A DNA stretch of 36,778 nucleotides from Chiloscyllium plagiosum (taxonomy: Eukaryota): assembly GCF_004010195.1 (NCBI RefSeq), contig NC_057759.1, positions 2,663,679 through 2,700,456 of the forward strand, in the 5' to 3' direction. Position 1 is the stretch's first letter; every line of letters starts with the position of its first letter. The position numbers and the translations under genes are program-made. The notes beneath the pieces are model-generated. The model did no database searches. It was not told where the DNA came from and saw only the letters and a program-made list of their open reading frames with translations. Positions 33,352-36,778 of this stretch are shown here, one piece after another.

Positions 33352-36300
33352 CACGGTTGGAGTATTGATGATGTTGTTGTTAATCACATTAACTGGGCTG
33401 GAGTTGACTGAATTTATATTGTCTCTTTCTGAATTTCAGGATGTCTCTCTGGGCAATAAGTCTCCACAAACAGCAATGTGACAGGGAGCAGGGATCATCT
33501 GTTTTGATTTAAATTGGGATTATAGCACTGCTGCTTCACAGCACTAGGTACAAGGTTGGAGCCCAGGCTTGGTCAACGGCCTGTGTGGAGTTTGCACATT
33601 CTCCCCATGATAGTGTGGGTCCCCTCCAGGTGCTCTGGTTTCCTCCCACAGTGCAAAGATTTGTGGGTTTGGTGGATCAGTTGTGCGAAATTGTCCACAG
33701 TGTCCAGGAACGTGCAGACGAGGTGGATCAGCCATGGGAAATGCAGTGTTACAGGGATGGAGTCCTCCAGGTGGGATGCTCTTTGGATGGTTAGTGGGGT
33801 TTGATGGGCCTATGCTCTCCTTCCACACTGTCGGGATTCTATTCTAGCTTTGAGGATAAAGGCTATTCTATGATTGAGAATAAAACAGGGTGTCCTTGGA
33901 GAAGGAACATGTGGTATGTATCAATGCTCTCGATGCATTTAGATAGAGGTGGGCATCGCAGGGGACACAGTGCTTTATCTCCACCGCTGACCCCTCACCC
34001 CTAACTCTACTTTGATTTGGTCCCTTCCCACTCTGTAATTTGTAATGGTTTTCTTTGCGCGTAATGGGCTTTGTTTGTAAATATTCAATTGGTTGCACGG
34101 ATGGTTTCCTGCTGGTGATTATATATTAACAAAAACCCAAAATGGCGTAATGATGAACGTGGCAAGGTTGCTCAGCTGTGTGTGATAACACGTCCGAATC
34201 GGAGAAATGGGGGGAAAGAGAACTCTTCACAGCTCACAGATGGAGAACTGAAAAGCAGTTAAATCAGACCAAAGGTTCAGACAGGGAGGGAATTTGAATA
34301 ACTGGAAAGTGATGGTGTCTGGGAATAGACAGGATTTTGTTTTCCAGGACGTTTGAAATTTTTAAAAACGCTTATATTGAGATAGTTTAATTTCTTTTCT
34401 TTTAGTTTTATTTATTGTGGAATAAACAGCTACAATATTTTAAATTCACAAACCTTGTGTGAAAGACAAATGTTAAATAAAATCCATTAAACCACCCCTC
34501 ACTGAAAACTTGTGTGGAAGTGCAATCTCCTGGAGAATCCCTGCCCTGCCCACTTCTTCCTACCCGGTCTCCATGGCTATATACATACCTCGGAGATAGC
34601 AGCAGGAGGCCATTCTGCCTTTCAATCCTGCTCCACCATTCAATGGGAAACAGCAAACCATCCAGCTCAGGCTCCTGTTCCTGCTGTGTTCCAACCCCCT
34701 TTGATGACTTTATCTCGAAGAACTTTATCTAAGTCCTCATTTGGTTTCACTGCCTTTTGTTCCAGTGATGTTGCGGTGTTACTGTGTGGGTGTAGGTAGG
34801 GGTAATGTGATGGTGCTGCCTCCTGGAGAATGCACTCAGCGTCCCTCATCATCCTGCAGTAACATCAACCGGGTTTCAGCAACTAAAGATAGAAACCATT
34901 TCCAGGATATGGGTATCACTGGCTCAGCCAGCATTTATTCCCAATCTCTAGTTACCCTTGAGAAGATGGTAGTGAGCTGCTGTCTTGTACCATTTACAGT
35001 CCATTTGGCGCCGATAGACTGACAATGCTGGGAGGGAGAGTGTTGAGTGTTGCAGGATTTTGGACCAGCCAGTCTCCACCTTTTGTTTTTCAAATGCTGG
35101 TTAACTTCATCACGATCTACACATGATTCTGAGATTTCAGTTGCAAATCTTCACCATCTCGCCCCCTGTGTAAAGGAATATGTACAGATTAGAAATTCAG
35201 AACAGACAATTCTAGTTTTGCTGGAATATCTTTTTCCCCTTTCTTCCCCCAAAGCTGTAACCCTCCAGCCCACTTACTCTCTCCCACCATTCCGACTCTG
35301 CTACCCACTATTCTCATGAAGTTACTGATAAACAGATCCATGCCACACTTCCCGTCCCTGGTTCGACTCTGCACCCTTTCTGGGTTCACTTCCTTTCCCT
35401 TCAGTTGCTGCAAGTCAATCATGTAACAGCAGAGTGAGACAAAGGGAAACAGAAAGGGAGGTGGCAGATCCTGGACAGAAGAGGAACCTTCAGGCTGGGA
35501 GAATGGGTCAGGTCCTTCTTTGTTCTCATTGGTCGATTCCAGTGATATGACGAGTTGGGGATGGAAAGTGGTCCTGTGTGGATGTGGTGACACTTTGTCC
35601 CCCCAATACTATAAGCAGATTAGTCCCTCCTCCAGCCAATCACAGTGTGAAATGCTTTCTGCTAATTACCCCAAAGCACATGCTCCAACACCCGCCCACA
35701 TTCTGTACACGTACAGTGCCGGGATTCCCCACACACGCATGTTCCCTGCCTCAGGGATTGTGGGAGATGTAGTCCCCATGCAGCCCCTGGAGACCTGTCT
35801 TTAGAAAATGAATGAAATTTGTGGGTGGAGGGTGTTGTGTTTTAGATTCCCCATTCAGACACACAGGACATGTGAGATGGCACTGGGTTTTACTGAGACA
35901 TCCACTTATACAAACCGACTTCTGATATAAGGAAAAGAGATTCAGCCAATTGGGGGATAAGGAGGTTAATAACGGGTAGCAGATTTTAAGCAGAGGTGGC
36001 TCAATGGTTAGAAGTGCTGCCTCACAGAGTCAGAGACCCAGGTTTGTTTCCAGACTCAGGTGACTGTGTGGTGTTTACACGTTCTCCCCATGTCTGCGTG
36101 GGTTTCCTCTGGGTGCTCCAGTTTCCTCAGTCAGTCCAAAGAAGTGCAGTTTAGGTGGATTGCCCTTGCTAAATTGCCCATAGTGATCATGCATGTGCCG
36201 GTTAGACAATTAGCCACGGGAAATGCAGGGTTACAGGGGGCGAGATGGTTACAGGGAGTAGTCTGAATGGGATGCTCACCATTGTGTCTGTGTGAAATCG

Positions 36301-36727
36301 ATGGGTGAATACTCTGTTTCTGCACTATGGGGACTCTATTCTATTCTCATGAAGAAGAATGCATCTATCTCAATGTGCTGTGATTCTGTGGAATTCCTTA
36401 TTCAAAATGCGGTGGATGCCAGGTCAATGAGTCAATTAAATGAAGAGATACAGATGTTGAATTTGCAATGAATTGAAGGGTGAGAGAGAGCAGGCGGGAA
36501 AATCCAGCTGAGACCGAGGTGAGCTCAATCATCATGGTGTTGAATGATGGAGCTGGTTCGAAGGGCTGCATTGCCTCTCCTGTGCCCAGTGCTTATCTTC
36601 TTACGGTAATAACTGGAAAGGTACTGAGGTGGGGAGGGGGATGCTGAGAGAGAAGGGTCAGGGGTGGTGGATGGGGATGTTGCGAAAAAAGATGCTGGGG
36701 TAGGGGAGGGGTTTGTTGAGATGGAAT
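33352..36727 (-). repeat. Right arm of the inverted segmental duplication (partner 28263-31570)
   Basis: Reverse complement of the left arm, except the arm-specific 34714-35309. Confidence 0.95.
35520..35778. promoter_or_regulatory. Decayed promoter motif cluster (right arm copy)
   Basis: agggattgtgggagatgtagt at 35753-35773 (reverse ZNF143/THAP11-type site), cccgcccac GC box, cagccaatcac CCAAT box. Confidence 0.55.
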
Positions 36728-36778
36728 GTGCTGGGGTGGGGAGGGGGATGTTGAGAGAGAAGATGCTGGGGTGGGAAG
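36620..36778. repeat. G-rich ~35-bp minisatellite (gatgctggggtggggagggggatgttgagagagaa); inverted copy at 28263-28370
   Basis: Four to five imperfect tandem units running off the window end. Confidence 0.8.

Overview
This is eukaryotic, repeat-dense vertebrate DNA. The CR1/HER1-type LINEs, HE1-type tRNA SINEs, Penelope elements and ZNF style point to a cartilaginous fish (shark); this is inference from memory of these families. There are two 500-N scaffold gaps, no intact protein-coding gene, and no rRNA, tRNA gene or CRISPR array. Most listed ORFs are LINE/SINE fragments or antisense noise. The main signal is not annotated by the ORF track: the AT-rich block at ~8825-14598 is a head-to-tail array of ~2.0-2.2 kb decayed copies of a TLR7-family ectodomain exon. 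Each copy runs from a signal-peptide/LRR-NT region to about LRR20 and then restarts, with no recognisable TM or TIR. A further TLR7/8-like fragment lies at 33151-33350 on the minus strand. Also present: (1) a ~3.3 kb-arm inverted duplication around a C2H2 zinc-finger pseudogene, carrying a decayed ZNF143/NRF1/CCAAT promoter; (2) Penelope elements with minimal hammerhead ribozymes, including a near-perfect 172-bp palindrome; (3) two ~130-bp local inverted insertions; (4) a probable solo LTR. All protein comparisons are by eye against sequences recalled from memory and need alignment. Boundaries are approximate.
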